Positions 33,019 to 43,440 of a stretch of 64,000 nt of DNA are shown here, piece by piece. The notes under the pieces are model-generated. The model was not told where the DNA came from, did not search any database, and was given only the letters and a program-made list of their open reading frames with translations. The stretch covers positions 5,632,001 through 5,696,000 of the forward strand of contig OY762007.1 of assembly GCA_963665115.1 (NCBI GenBank), given 5' to 3'. Numbering within the stretch: position 1 is the stretch's first letter; each line of letters begins with the position of its first letter. The translations under genes were made by a program, and so were the position numbers. Origin of the DNA: an uncultured Rivularia sp. Its GTDB lineage: Bacteria > Cyanobacteriota > Cyanobacteriia > Cyanobacteriales > Nostocaceae.

Positions 33019-33315
33019 ATGAAAAGCATCCAAACCTTCACCTCAGCTTGCCGAAATTGTCGTCACTTCTCACCAGTTGGTCGGCGCGGAGGAAATTGTC
33101 ATCAACTGGGAGCGCCAGTACGTGGAAGTTGGAAAGCTTGCTCTTTGGCGGCTCCTCCCTTTGCGCCCTCATGGGAAACCTTGGAAGATGCTTGGATTTT
33201 GCCCGATGCTACCCCGTTGTTAGCCCATAGTTCTAAGAATTTAAAAAAAGAACGTGTAGAAGCATCAGTTGAGCAAGTATCTACACCCGTCAAAGCTGAA
33301 GCTTTATTGAGTTAA
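33019..33315 (+). CDS. Small Cys-rich cyanobacterial hypothetical protein
   Basis: CRNCRHF.P.GRRGG.C.QLGAPV.G.WKAC motif with four Cys. Confidence 0.75.
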   Translation: MKSIQTFTSACRNCRHFSPVGRRGGNCHQLGAPVRGSWKACSLAAPPFAPSWETLEDAWILPDATPLLAHSSKNLKKERVEASVEQVSTPVKAEALLS

Positions 33316-33544
33316 ATTTTTGCGTGAGGAGAATTTTTCCCTTATTGGATAACTTGAACGGTTAATCAAGACAAAAATGTAGAGCAACTTTTAATTTAGA
33401 AATAATTTAACCGTTCTATACAAATAACGAATCGGTCTAGTTTATCTGAATGAAACGACCGAACAAGATTTTATATTTAAATAAAATTTGTTTTTAAAGT
33501 TTTTAAAATTTACTTGTGAGCAATTACTCACCCTTGCATTCACA

Positions 33545-33581
33545 AAAAATTGCACCCGTACTTTGCTGGGGTGCAATTTTT
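33545..33581. terminator. Bidirectional intrinsic terminator
   Basis: AAAAAATTGCACCC ... GGGTGCAATTTTT between convergent genes. Confidence 0.7.
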
Positions 33582-33717
33582 GTATTTATGACACGGGGGA
33601 AGAGGGGACAAGGAGACAAGGAGACAAGGAGAAAAATAATAATTATTAACTAATGACTCCTAACTCTTAACTCATAACTCCTAACTTTTAACTTTCAATC
33701 CAAAATCCAAAATTGAA

Positions 33718-34552
33718 TTAGGGCAGCCAAGGATATTGACGAAAATCTGGCTTGCGCTTTTCTAGAAATGCCTGCTTCCCTTCTGCTCCTTCTTCTGTCA
33801 TGTAGTAAAGCAACGTCGCATTACCAGCAAGTTCTTGTAAACCAGCTTGTCCGTCACAGTCGGCATTAAACGCAGCTTTTAAACAGCGAATCGCGATGGG
33901 GCTTTTTTCTAAAATTTCTTGTGCCCATTGAATACCTTCAGCTTCCAATTCTTCTACGGGCACTACCGTATTTACTAGCCCCATATCTAAAGCTTGTTGG
34001 GCGCTGTATTGACGACACAAAAACCAGATTTCACGAGCTTTTTTTTGTCCGACGCAGCGTGCTAAATAACTCGCACCAAAGCCACCGTCGAAACTACCAA
34101 CTTTTGGCCCAGTTTGTCCAAATACTGCATTGTCAGCAGCAATTGTTAAATCGCAAATTAAATGTAAAACGTGTCCGCCGCCGATCGCGTAACCTGCAAC
34201 CAAAGCAATTACTACCTTGGGCATGGAACGAATCAAACGCTGTAAATCCAATACATTTAAACGGGGAATCCCATCATCATCCACATAACCCGCTTTTCCC
34301 CGCACGCTTTGATCGCCACCCGAACAGAACGCATATTTACCGTCGGTATGAGGCCCCCGCACCAGTAAATAAAACTACCCCAATACTAGAATCTTCGCGG
34401 GCATCGCAAAAAGCTTGATAAAGTTCAAAAACGGTTTTAGGGCGGAAAGCATTGCGCTTGTGGGGACGGTTGATGGTGATTTTCGCAATACCATCGGCTT
34501 TATGATAAAAAATATCTTCGTAGGTTTTGGCAGTTTGCCAGTTGATTTGCAT
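33718..34552 (-). CDS. menB: 1,4-dihydroxy-2-naphthoyl-CoA synthase, split by an extra base at 34354-34358
   Basis: [34 protein letters not shown]. Removing one base gives TGAGPHTDG. Confidence 0.96.
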
Positions 34553-34754
34553 TCTCTGCTAATTGGTAATAGGTAATGGGTAATTGGTGATGGGATATTA
34601 ATTGACCCTAGCTTGAGAATTTTATCGTAATGTGGGGACTCAAGACTAATTTTTAATTGGTGTAAGTAAGTAGGTAGGCACATAATAAATCTATCTATGT
34701 AACGAAATTGGTATTATTGATAAAGTATAAAAAATACTAAAATGCTTTATAAGT

Positions 34755-37721
34755 ATGTCTAAATTAAAAGACTATTTAGCACCAATTTCCACAGTACTAA
34801 TTAATGGTGTTTTAGCTTACTTTATCAACCAATTACCAGGGATTCGACCAGATCCAGACAAGGGAATTACGGGTTTTTCAGATACATCAATATTTTTGTT
34901 TACAGCTATTTTTACTGCTGTACTTTGCATTCTTACTTTTTTAGAAAAAGAATCAGCACAAAAGTCAACAAGCAGCAATATAAATTCACAATCTCAAAAT
35001 ATAAAATCAAATTGGATTGGTGGATTTTTACTATTTTTAGTGGGTGCTGTAATCTACGGGCTGCTACAAGTTAATATAATTCCGCAAGAATCTAGGACTG
35101 AGTTTGGGAACATATCATTAATACTATGTGGCTTTGGTGCAATAATACCGAGTTTTTTGCTCATTCCAAAACGGTGGCAAAATATATTACTTTTACTGTG
35201 TTCTGGAATTGGAGTTTTTCTCACATTCCACTATTTCAAAGTAGCCAATTTAAATTCAGCATTTATATCTTTTAGTTTCACGTTAATTTCTATTATATTG
35301 CTGGCAGCGCGAGATTTTCTAGTGCAGATAATTAGAGATATTGCTCTATTTTGGGAAGAATTACAAAATCGGCAAGCAACCGAAATCAGTGAATTAATTA
35401 TCAGTAAATTAGAAGATTTAGCCTCACCTTTCAAGCGTAATTATTACAAAGCCTTAGAATATAAATGTCGAGATGATGAAACCAAAGGTTTAGATAACGA
35501 GTTTACTTTAGAATTACAAAAGGTATTTGTGCCTCTAAAAATAGCTGCTAACTACTCAGGTAATACAAAACAAGATATTATTCCTAGGTCACAGAATCAG
35601 TCTTCAGCAGAGACAAATGTTTGGGATTTTTTAGCCGCAAATAATAATAAATTAGTAATTTTAGGTAGACCAGGTTCTGGTAAAACTACATTGTTGAGAC
35701 ATTTGACGCTGATTTATGCTACCAAACAACAGCATAATATTAAACTAAAAGATAACCGCAAAGTACCGAAGTTAATTCCAGTTTTATTCTACCTGCGCGA
35801 TATACGCGACGAAATTATTAGTCAAAATCCAACTTTAGAGACATTAATCCAAGAAGATATTAAAAATTTCAAAATCAATAATCAAAATCTCATTCCACCA
35901 TCGAATTGGGTGGAGAATAAATTACAGCGAAACAAATTTCTCATCATGCTGGATGGGTTAGATGAAGTTGCAGATAAAAATCAGCGTCAGCAGGTTATAA
36001 CTTGGGTAGATAATCAAATGCAAAGCTACCAAGATACAGTTTTTATTCTTACTTCACGTCCCAATGGTTATAGAGAAGTACAATCACAAATAACAGTTGA
36101 TGAGTTAGAAGTTCAGCCATTTAATCGCGAACAAATTACAGACTTTTTGCAGCGCTGGTATTTACAAACCGAAATTAGAAGCCGTGCGGGACAATGCGAT
36201 GATGGAGTAAAACAAGTTGCGGAAGAACAAGCAAATAATTTAATAGAACGGATTGTTAATAGTCGTCCTTTAGTAGCGATGGCTGTAAATCCATTGTTAC
36301 TCAAAATGATTGCGACTGTTCACCGTCGGGGAAATGTGTTACCAGGGAAACGAGTCGAATTGTACAAAGAGATTTGTCAGATATTACTCGAAAAACGTCA
36401 ACGGGCAAAGAATATACCCGATGTATTGACTGCTTCGCAAAAAGAATCGGTTTTGCAGGAATTAGCATTAAAATTAATGCAAAACTATAAGCGAAGATTT
36501 ACATTAGCTGAAGCTGAAAATTGGATATCCGGGCAGTTAAAGACTTTACCCAATTTAAGCAATACTCAAGATTTTATTAAACATATTCGCGATGATTGCG
36601 GTTTGTTAGTCGAAAAAGAAATTGGAGAATATGAATTTGCTCACCTAAGTTTTCAGGAGTATTTAGCTGCGATTCAAATTAGTGAATTGAATCAAGAAAA
36701 TATATTAATTCAAAATATTGATAAAACTTGGTGGTCGGAAACAATTCGTTTATATGCCGCACAAGCAAAAGATGCAACTAATATTGTTGGTCTAATTATT
36801 TATATGCCTTTACCATCAATAAATACATTTTTAGTAATAGCAGATTATGAAGAGGAAGGTTGGCGAATTGATAAAGAAGTAAGAAAGGAATTAGTAAATA
36901 AACTTGATGCAGGTTTAGAATCAGATGATAGGTCGATATTTAAGTTAGCTGCTGAAGTAAAATTAGCACGACGCTTAAATAATTTGGTGCGGGTTGATGA
37001 AAACTTAGAGCAAGATAATAGTTATATCACTTGTGCAGAATATCAGTTATTTATAAACGATTCACAATATAATCCTCCACCGCATTGGCAGAATAAAATA
37101 TTTAAACCCGGAGATGCAAAAAAAGAGTTTATAGAAATAACTAACAGAGATGCAAATCGTTTTTCTATGTGGTTAACTGGAAAATATTTAAATCCTCAAT
37201 TAAGCCAATTAGAAACATTATATAAACCGTTAAAAGGAAATGATACATTTCGCTTAGCTAAGGTGAAATTACCATCTCTATATAGTCAACTGTCAAATGA
37301 CTTATATAAAAAAGAATGGCGAAAAGCCGATGAAGAGACTTTACGTGTAATGTTGCAAGTTGTTGGTAAAGAACAACAGACATATCTAACAGTAGAAGAT
37401 ATCGAAAAATTTTCTTGTGAAGACCTTTACACTATAAATGTATTGTGGGTGGTTTACAGTCAAGGACATTTTGGTTTTAGCGTTCATCAGGAAATTTACC
37501 AAAGTTTGGGGGACACTTTAGAATATGATGAACGAGTATGGAATAAGTTTGGCGATCGCGTTGGCTGGAAGAATGGAGGTTCTTGGTTAAGTCACGAAAA
37601 TATTACCTTTGACCTAAATGCTCAGCAGGGACATCTTCCCACGCTATTTGGGGGTTTTGATGCCGATGGTGGAATAGTTATCTCTTCTCTCGCGCAGAGA
37701 CTTGTAAACTGTAACATATAA
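34755..37721 (+). CDS. Multi-TM NACHT NTPase with C-terminal GUN4-like domain
   Basis: Hydrophobic N-terminal ~190 aa; Walker A GRPGSGKT; Walker B MLDGLDE; TSR; NPLLL; FAHLSFQEY; GUN4-like WRKADEET...LW..YS.GHFGFSV...GHLP. Confidence 0.9.
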   Translation: MSKLKDYLAPISTVLINGVLAYFINQLPGIRPDPDKGITGFSDTSIFLFTAIFTAVLCILTFLEKESAQKSTSSNINSQSQNIKSNWIGGFLLFLVGAVIYGLLQVNIIPQESRTEFGNISLILCGFGAIIPSFLLIPKRWQNILLLLCSGIGVFLTFHYFKVANLNSAFISFSFTLISIILLAARDFLVQIIRDIALFWEELQNRQATEISELIISKLEDLASPFKRNYYKALEYKCRDDETKGLDNEFTLELQKVFVPLKIAANYSGNTKQDIIPRSQNQSSAETNVWDFLAANNNKLVILGRPGSGKTTLLRHLTLIYATKQQHNIKLKDNRKVPKLIPVLFYLRDIRDEIISQNPTLETLIQEDIKNFKINNQNLIPPSNWVENKLQRNKFLIMLDGLDEVADKNQRQQVITWVDNQMQSYQDTVFILTSRPNGYREVQSQITVDELEVQPFNREQITDFLQRWYLQTEIRSRAGQCDDGVKQVAEEQANNLIERIVNSRPLVAMAVNPLLLKMIATVHRRGNVLPGKRVELYKEICQILLEKRQRAKNIPDVLTASQKESVLQELALKLMQNYKRRFTLAEAENWISGQLKTLPNLSNTQDFIKHIRDDCGLLVEKEIGEYEFAHLSFQEYLAAIQISELNQENILIQNIDKTWWSETIRLYAAQAKDATNIVGLIIYMPLPSINTFLVIADYEEEGWRIDKEVRKELVNKLDAGLESDDRSIFKLAAEVKLARRLNNLVRVDENLEQDNSYITCAEYQLFINDSQYNPPPHWQNKIFKPGDAKKEFIEITNRDANRFSMWLTGKYLNPQLSQLETLYKPLKGNDTFRLAKVKLPSLYSQLSNDLYKKEWRKADEETLRVMLQVVGKEQQTYLTVEDIEKFSCEDLYTINVLWVVYSQGHFGFSVHQEIYQSLGDTLEYDERVWNKFGDRVGWKNGGSWLSHENITFDLNAQQGHLPTLFGGFDADGGIVISSLAQRLVNCNI

Positions 37722-37781
37722 GCGCTTCAGTCTTTAATTCATATTTGTAAAATAGAATATTTTTACGTAAACATAAGCTTT

Positions 37782-37941
37782 TCAAAAATTCCACCATAGT
37801 TTAATTCTTCCACTTTGAGCAAGTGCAGAAACCCACTTCAAAATACCCAGCGTTTATCATTCGTTTTTCAAATTCGCTTGATGGTAGTGTTTTAGTAGTA
37901 AATGCAGTTAATCCCTGTATGGTGTGTTTATCAAGCGTCAT
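37782..37941 (-). pseudogene. Small ORF or gene remnant (about 52 codons after removing one base)
   Basis: RBS AAGGAAG before ATG 37941; MTLDKHTIQGLTAFTTKTLPSSEFEKRMINAGYFEVG then, after one-base correction near 37830, SALAQSGRIKLWWNF*. Confidence 0.4.
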
Positions 37942-38066
37942 AACTTCCTTGATAAGAAGTAAATATTTTATATCCCGGTAACACTATCGCTTTTGTTATC
38001 AGGAAATTTAGCCCAAGTTTTAGAAGTATTGCAGCAAGGATTAAGTACGGTAGAACACCAAAATTT

Positions 38067-38209
38067 GGGAGCATCCCAATTTTGAATAAATACTTTATCC
38101 GACACCCTGTAAGGGTGCGGCTACAAAAACAAAGCCCACGAAGGTGGGCTTCGTAGTATTAGCCCCAGGCTTCTAGCCTGTAGGCTTTTTGCTAAATTGG
38201 GATGCTCCC
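38067..38209. mobile_element. 143-bp MITE with perfect 16-bp TIRs and 7-bp target-site duplication
   Basis: GGGAGCATCCCAATTT ... AAATTGGGATGCTCCC flanked on both sides by AAAATTT (38060-38066, 38210-38216). Confidence 0.88.
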
Positions 38210-38229
38210 AAAATTTTATCAAATAACCT

Positions 38230-39669
38230 TTAACCTTTAACCTTTGACCTTTTACCTATATTCGTGCTTCCTAAAACAATAATCAACCCCGAAACAAAAA
38301 CTATCGGCACAACTGGTAAGAAACCAAAGGTAAAACTTGCTGGAATTATATTTAAAGCAAAACCGATTAATGCTGCTTCCCCTACAAGAATCGAAATAAT
38401 GCAGCTAACCGGATTGATATTTCTACCATACAAAGCGGCAATAACTGTGGGGAATAAAACAGTTAATCCGGTAAAAGATTGAGTGGCGATTACCGAAATT
38501 GTCGCTGGTGGATTGTAAGCAATAATTAAGCCAATAATCGCCAGAATTACAATTAATATTCTACCGACTAAAGTTTGTTCGCGAAGGGAAGCATTGGGAC
38601 GAAAATAAGAAATATATATATCCCTTGTCAGCATCGTACTTAATGCTAAAAGTTGTGAATCTAATGTTGACATAAATGCTGCTAATGCTCCCACCATTAC
38701 AAAAGAAGCTATCCAAACAGGTGTATATTCTGCCAACATCATTGGTAAAACTTGGTCTGTTGCTTTCCCTGCTAAATTAGGAAAGGGAATATGTGCCCAA
38801 ACCCCAATTAATACGGGACAAATAAACATTGTGGCGGTAATTATTGGATACAAAACCGCAGAAGCTTTTAGAGATGTAGGTGTTTTAGGAATATAAAACC
38901 GCATAAACATTTGGGGGAACATCGGTAAACTGAGAATCCACAAAACCATGTAGCTAAACCACTTGGATTTAGTAAAAAATTTATCTACACCCTGTCGGGA
39001 AAAAAGTTCTGGTAATTGTTCGTAAGCAGTGCGGTTGGCTTCCGTAATTCCTCCCAAACTATTAGCAATAGTTAATAGAGCTACAATCATCAATACAAAC
39101 ATTAAAATACCTTGCAAAACATCAGTTAATGCAACGCTTCGCATTCCACCCATAAATACATAAATGACAACTACAAACGTCAAAAGTATTGCTCCGAGAA
39201 AGTAAGGAATTTGTCCGTTTGTTAATCTTTCTAAAAGATATCCTCCACCAATAGGCTGCAAAGTTAAATAAGGCAATGTAAAAATCACCATTACCGCCAG
39301 AAATATTAGTTTAAGAGTTTGACTCCCCAAACGTTCAGCAATCAATTCCGAGGGAGTAATAAATCCTTTTTCTTTACCTAAAAGCCAAACTTTATAACCA
39401 ATAAAATAAAATGATATGGCTACAAGTGCGGTTCCGAATGCCATCATTGGATAATAGCTAACGCCTACACGATAGCCAGCACCAGCAAATCCTAAAAAAG
39501 TAAAAGCACTAAAATTAGTCGCAATTAGCGTGAAAAATAAAACAATACTGCCAATTTTACGGCTAGCAAGAAAATATTCTTGAGGTGTATTATTTTGTTT
39601 TTTAAGAGTAGCGATTCCTACACCCAAACTTAATAATAAATATGCTGCAATAAATAGATAGGTAATCAT
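38230..39669 (-). CDS. Sodium:solute symporter family protein
   Basis: EYFLASR, AT.FSAFTF.G, GGMRSVALTDVLQG, AAFMSTLDSQLL; about 13 TM helices. Confidence 0.94.
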   Translation of the reverse strand: MITYLFIAAYLLLSLGVGIATLKKQNNTPQEYFLASRKIGSIVLFFTLIATNFSAFTFLGFAGAGYRVGVSYYPMMAFGTALVAISFYFIGYKVWLLGKEKGFITPSELIAERLGSQTLKLIFLAVMVIFTLPYLTLQPIGGGYLLERLTNGQIPYFLGAILLTFVVVIYVFMGGMRSVALTDVLQGILMFVLMIVALLTIANSLGGITEANRTAYEQLPELFSRQGVDKFFTKSKWFSYMVLWILSLPMFPQMFMRFYIPKTPTSLKASAVLYPIITATMFICPVLIGVWAHIPFPNLAGKATDQVLPMMLAEYTPVWIASFVMVGALAAFMSTLDSQLLALSTMLTRDIYISYFRPNASLREQTLVGRILIVILAIIGLIIAYNPPATISVIATQSFTGLTVLFPTVIAALYGRNINPVSCIISILVGEAALIGFALNIIPASFTFGFLPVVPIVFVSGLIIVLGSTNIGKRSKVKG

Positions 39670-39694
39670 ATTTTTTTACTTATGGCTATTTTAT

Positions 39695-39794
39695 CTAGTA
39701 CGGCTGTGGAAGTACCTTTTTGTAATATTCAAAAAGAACAAATTAAAAAACTTTTGAATGCCAGAATCCCCAACTTCCGCGCCCATTATACTAA
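39695..39794. mobile_element. Possible degenerate MITE related to the 11285 element
   Basis: CTAGTACGGCTGTGGAAGT ... ACTTCCGCGCCCATTATACTAA weakly complementary ends. Confidence 0.3.
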
Positions 39795-40003
39795 TTTGAT
39801 GGTGTTTTCCAAAAGTTGAGAGCAAATATTAACATCGTTAAAGAAATCAGAAGCTGTAAGCCGATAAAATATATCACCCAGGGAGGAAGATAAAAAACCG
39901 AAAATGATATTTCTGGTTTCCAATACCAAAAATCAAGAGAGAGAAAAAATATGATGCTAAACCAAAAAAACCAAAAATATGAACTCTTAAAAATATTCAT
40001 CAT
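39791..40003 (-). CDS. Small two-TM accessory protein upstream of the symporter (DUF3311-like)
   Basis: DFW.W...LPPWV.YF pattern; position typical of SSS partner genes. Confidence 0.75.
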   Translation of the reverse strand: MMNIFKSSYFWFFWFSIIFFLSLDFWYWKPEISFSVFYLPPWVIYFIGLQLLISLTMLIFALNFWKTPSN

Positions 40004-40082
40004 AGTTACCAGTTGTTCACCAGTCGAGTGTTGATCGTCAGTTAATAACTGTCAATAAATCAGTGTAATCCGCGTAATCCAT

Positions 40083-41853
40083 TTAATCCGTGTTCGTCAT
40101 CTTTCCTAAATTGTCTTTACGCCATTTCGCTGACTCTTTACGATTGGTGCGTATTTCTAATACCCGAATTCCTTTACTAGGTAATGGATTGAGCTTATTA
40201 ATTAACTCTTCCCAAGAAGTGATTGATTTATGTTCAACACCGTAAGTTTTACAAAGTTGAGCAAAGTCAATATTTTGTGGAGTTGCAAATAACTCTTCAA
40301 AAGGCGGTTCAAATTCTGAGATTGGCAGCATTTCAAAGATTCCACCGCCGTTGTTGTTAATTAATATTATTGTTAAATGTCCGACAAATTTGTTTCTAAT
40401 TAAAAAGCCGTTAGTATCGTGAAGTAATGCTAAGTCACCCGTTAACATGACGCTGCTTTTTTGACGATGAGCGATTCCTAAAGCAGTTGATAAAGTTCCA
40501 TCAATACCGTTTGCACCTCGGTTGAAAAATGGTTTGATGCCTAAATTATTCGGTTTCCAGAAAAATTCTACATCGCGCACTGGCATACTATTTGATATAA
40601 ACAAAGGCGTTTTCGGTGGTAAAACTTGAGAAAGCAACCAAGCAGCTTTACCTTCAAATAATTCCGTCTTTTCTGCCAAAGTTTGATCGATGTTTTCTCT
40701 CACCCTATTTTCAGCACTCAACCACATCTGAAGATAAGAATTTGTGATTTCATCTTCTCCTTGTCCCCTTTCCTTGTCCCCTTGTCTCCCCATCATCTCT
40801 TCCACATTCATCCGTAAATGAACCACCCTTCCATGCAAAGCATCAATATTCTGATTCGAGGGTTCAATTATCCAGCGTAGAGGATTGTTATCATTCAACC
40901 ATTTACGTAATACTTTGCTGGTAGGCATTTCCCCGATTTGGATTACTATTTCTGGGGTAATGGTTGCTAAATCATGCCTTCTTAAAATTGAATCGTAGGT
41001 GGAAACAATGTTCTTGTTGAGTGAAGCATGATTACGAATAGGTGATAATCCCTCTGCTAAAACAGGAAATTTTAAATAAGAGGCAAGTTGCGCGATCGCA
41101 CTACAATATTTCTGTGGTTGTTGCGGTTGAGCAACTCCAGCAATGATTATTCCTCGTTTGTCCAGCCATTCTTGAGGAATGGGTATTTGCTTGGGAGTTA
41201 TCGAATGTTGATATTTATCCGTAACTGCTGCAAAAAATTCTTCTGAGTTAAAGTTTGACTGTAATAATTCTAAAGTTGCTGCATTTAGATTATTTTCATC
41301 CTTAATTGGTGGTAATGGGTCGCGAAACGGTATATTTATATGTACGGCCCCAGAAACGGGATGAAGTGTTTGTTCGTAAGCGTATATCATCGTTTGTCGC
41401 AAATAAGCTAGCATTTCCATTGTTATAGAAGGTATTGCTAACTCTGCTTGCCAGTTTGGATAATTACCAAATAGTTTTAATTGGTCTATGGTTTGTCCGG
41501 AATGACAATTACGCAATTCCGCAGGTCTATCGGCAGTTAATAATAGTAAAGGTACGCGACTCAGATTTGCTTCCACAACTGCGGAATAAAAATTTGCTCC
41601 TGCGGTTCCCGAAGTGCAGACTACAGCTACAGGTAATCCCGTAGCTTTGGCTCTACCCAAAGCGAAGAAAGCAGCAGAACGTTCATCAAGAATCGGAATT
41701 ACTTCTATATCGGGACATTGAGCAAAAGCAACCGCAAGCGGAGTCGAACGAGAAACCCGGACAAATTACAGCACAATTTAAACCTAATCGTTGAAGCGTT
41801 TCGGTAAAAATAGAAGCCCAAAGTTCGTTAATATTTCTAAATCCAATCGGCAT
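40083..41853 (-). CDS. menD: SEPHCHC synthase, split by an extra base at 41753-41758
   Basis: Corrected frame gives CPGSRSTPL...DERSAAFFALG; also CTSGTA, NSMPVRD, NRGANGIDG, GDLALLHD, NNNGGGIF. Confidence 0.95.
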
Positions 41854-41904
41854 GGGAAAATAAATTAACAATTATCAATTATTAATGAGGCATTAGGCAT
41901 GGTA

Positions 41905-42095
41905 AAGAGTAGGAAGTAGGGAGTAGGGAGTAGGGAGTAGTGAGTTAGGAGTTAAAAGTAAACAGTAGTAAGTAGTTAATAATTTTCCCCATCTCCTTGT
42001 CCCCTTGTCTACGGACACTTTCCTCAACGGGGGGAACCCCCGCACGGAAGTGTCCTCCCCATCTCTCCCCATCACACAATCCCCCAATCTTCTCA
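41905..42095. repeat. STRR tracts with second copy of the 43-bp small dispersed repeat (42013-42055)
   Basis: Reverse complement matches 14578-14620 at 42/43 positions, with matching flanks. Confidence 0.85.
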
Positions 42096-42099
42096 TCTT

Positions 42100-42459
42100 A
42101 TGGACTGCATCTACTTAACAGGAATTCGCGCTTACGGTTATACTGGCTATCTAAAAGAAGAACAGGTGCTAGGACAATGGTTTGAGGTGGATGTAAAGTT
42201 ATGGCTGGATTTAAGTATATCTGCTGGAACTGACGCGATTGAAGATACTATCGATTACCGTAGCGTTATTGGTTTAGTGCAAGATTTAGTCAAAACCTCA
42301 AAGTTCGCTTTAGTTGAACGTCTTGCTGGTAGTATTGCAGATTCTATTTTACAAAAATGCGATTTGGTAAAGCAAGTTCAAGTGATTTTGAGTAAACCTG
42401 CTGCACCGATTCCAGATTTTGGCGGCAAAATTACTATTGAACTGATTAGAAATAAATAG
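42100..42459 (+). CDS. folB: Dihydroneopterin aldolase
   Basis: YGYTG...EE..LGQWF.VD, D.IEDTIDY, LVERLA, KP.API. Confidence 0.95.
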   Translation: MDCIYLTGIRAYGYTGYLKEEQVLGQWFEVDVKLWLDLSISAGTDAIEDTIDYRSVIGLVQDLVKTSKFALVERLAGSIADSILQKCDLVKQVQVILSKPAAPIPDFGGKITIELIRNK

Positions 42460-43440
42460 GGCTTGCTTAACAATTCTTGATAGCTCAAGCAGTTTATCGT
42501 ATAACCCACTTTTATTAATCCACTACAAATAGAATAAAATTTTTTATCGATTGTAATTGCAACAGTTTCAACCATATTAGTTTTTTATAGATTCGTTGGT
42601 TAATTGATCTACCGTGAAAAAAAATAAGCTCGGAAAGTCTAATACTCAATTAGTTATTTTTATTTTTATGCCTTATTGCATATTTTCATATGGGGCAGGT
42701 ATTGCCTATTCTTAAAGGAGAGGTCGATTTTTCTCTCATCTAACTTAATAAAATTTAAGGCTATATCTATTTTTAGTTTAAATATTGATACGGGCTTGAC
42801 TATTAGAAGCTATAGGTAAAAACTAATTTATAAAAAACAACATAATTTAAGTTTATTTTCCCCAAAAGCTTTTGATATCTGAAAAGACAGTTTACAGTTT
42901 TTATTTTGAGGAAGAAGAATTTGAAAGTTTATCTATTATGACTTAAATATACATAGGTATGTATTAGAGGTTGCCGTTTCTGGTTGATAGCGATTTTTAA
43001 TTGTTAGCAATACAAAACCTTGTTGTCTATACAACCCACTTTCAATCCGCGTTTGGTTCATAATTATGCATAACGATTTAAAGAGTAAAATTTTTTACTC
43101 TTCTTAAGTAAAAACCACAAGTGTTCCTATTTCCAATCCAAATAAAAAGCGATCGTTGTTTAGATATCTTTTATACAAAGCGTTTTGGTATTTATTAATA
43201 ATTAGCTATAATGACTTTGCATTAAAAGTACAAAACAAGCAAATAAATGTCAAACATAACAATAACATTAGTCTAGGATAGATCGCTATAAATGGAAGAA
43301 ACACAATTGTGAACCAAGAACAATGTGGTTTTCAATATTGGTTACGATCGAGATATTAAAAGACCAATTAGGTTGGTATTTCCGACAACTACATATCGAA
43401 CGGTAGGTAAAACTTTCTATGAACAGCCTGAAAAGCTGAA

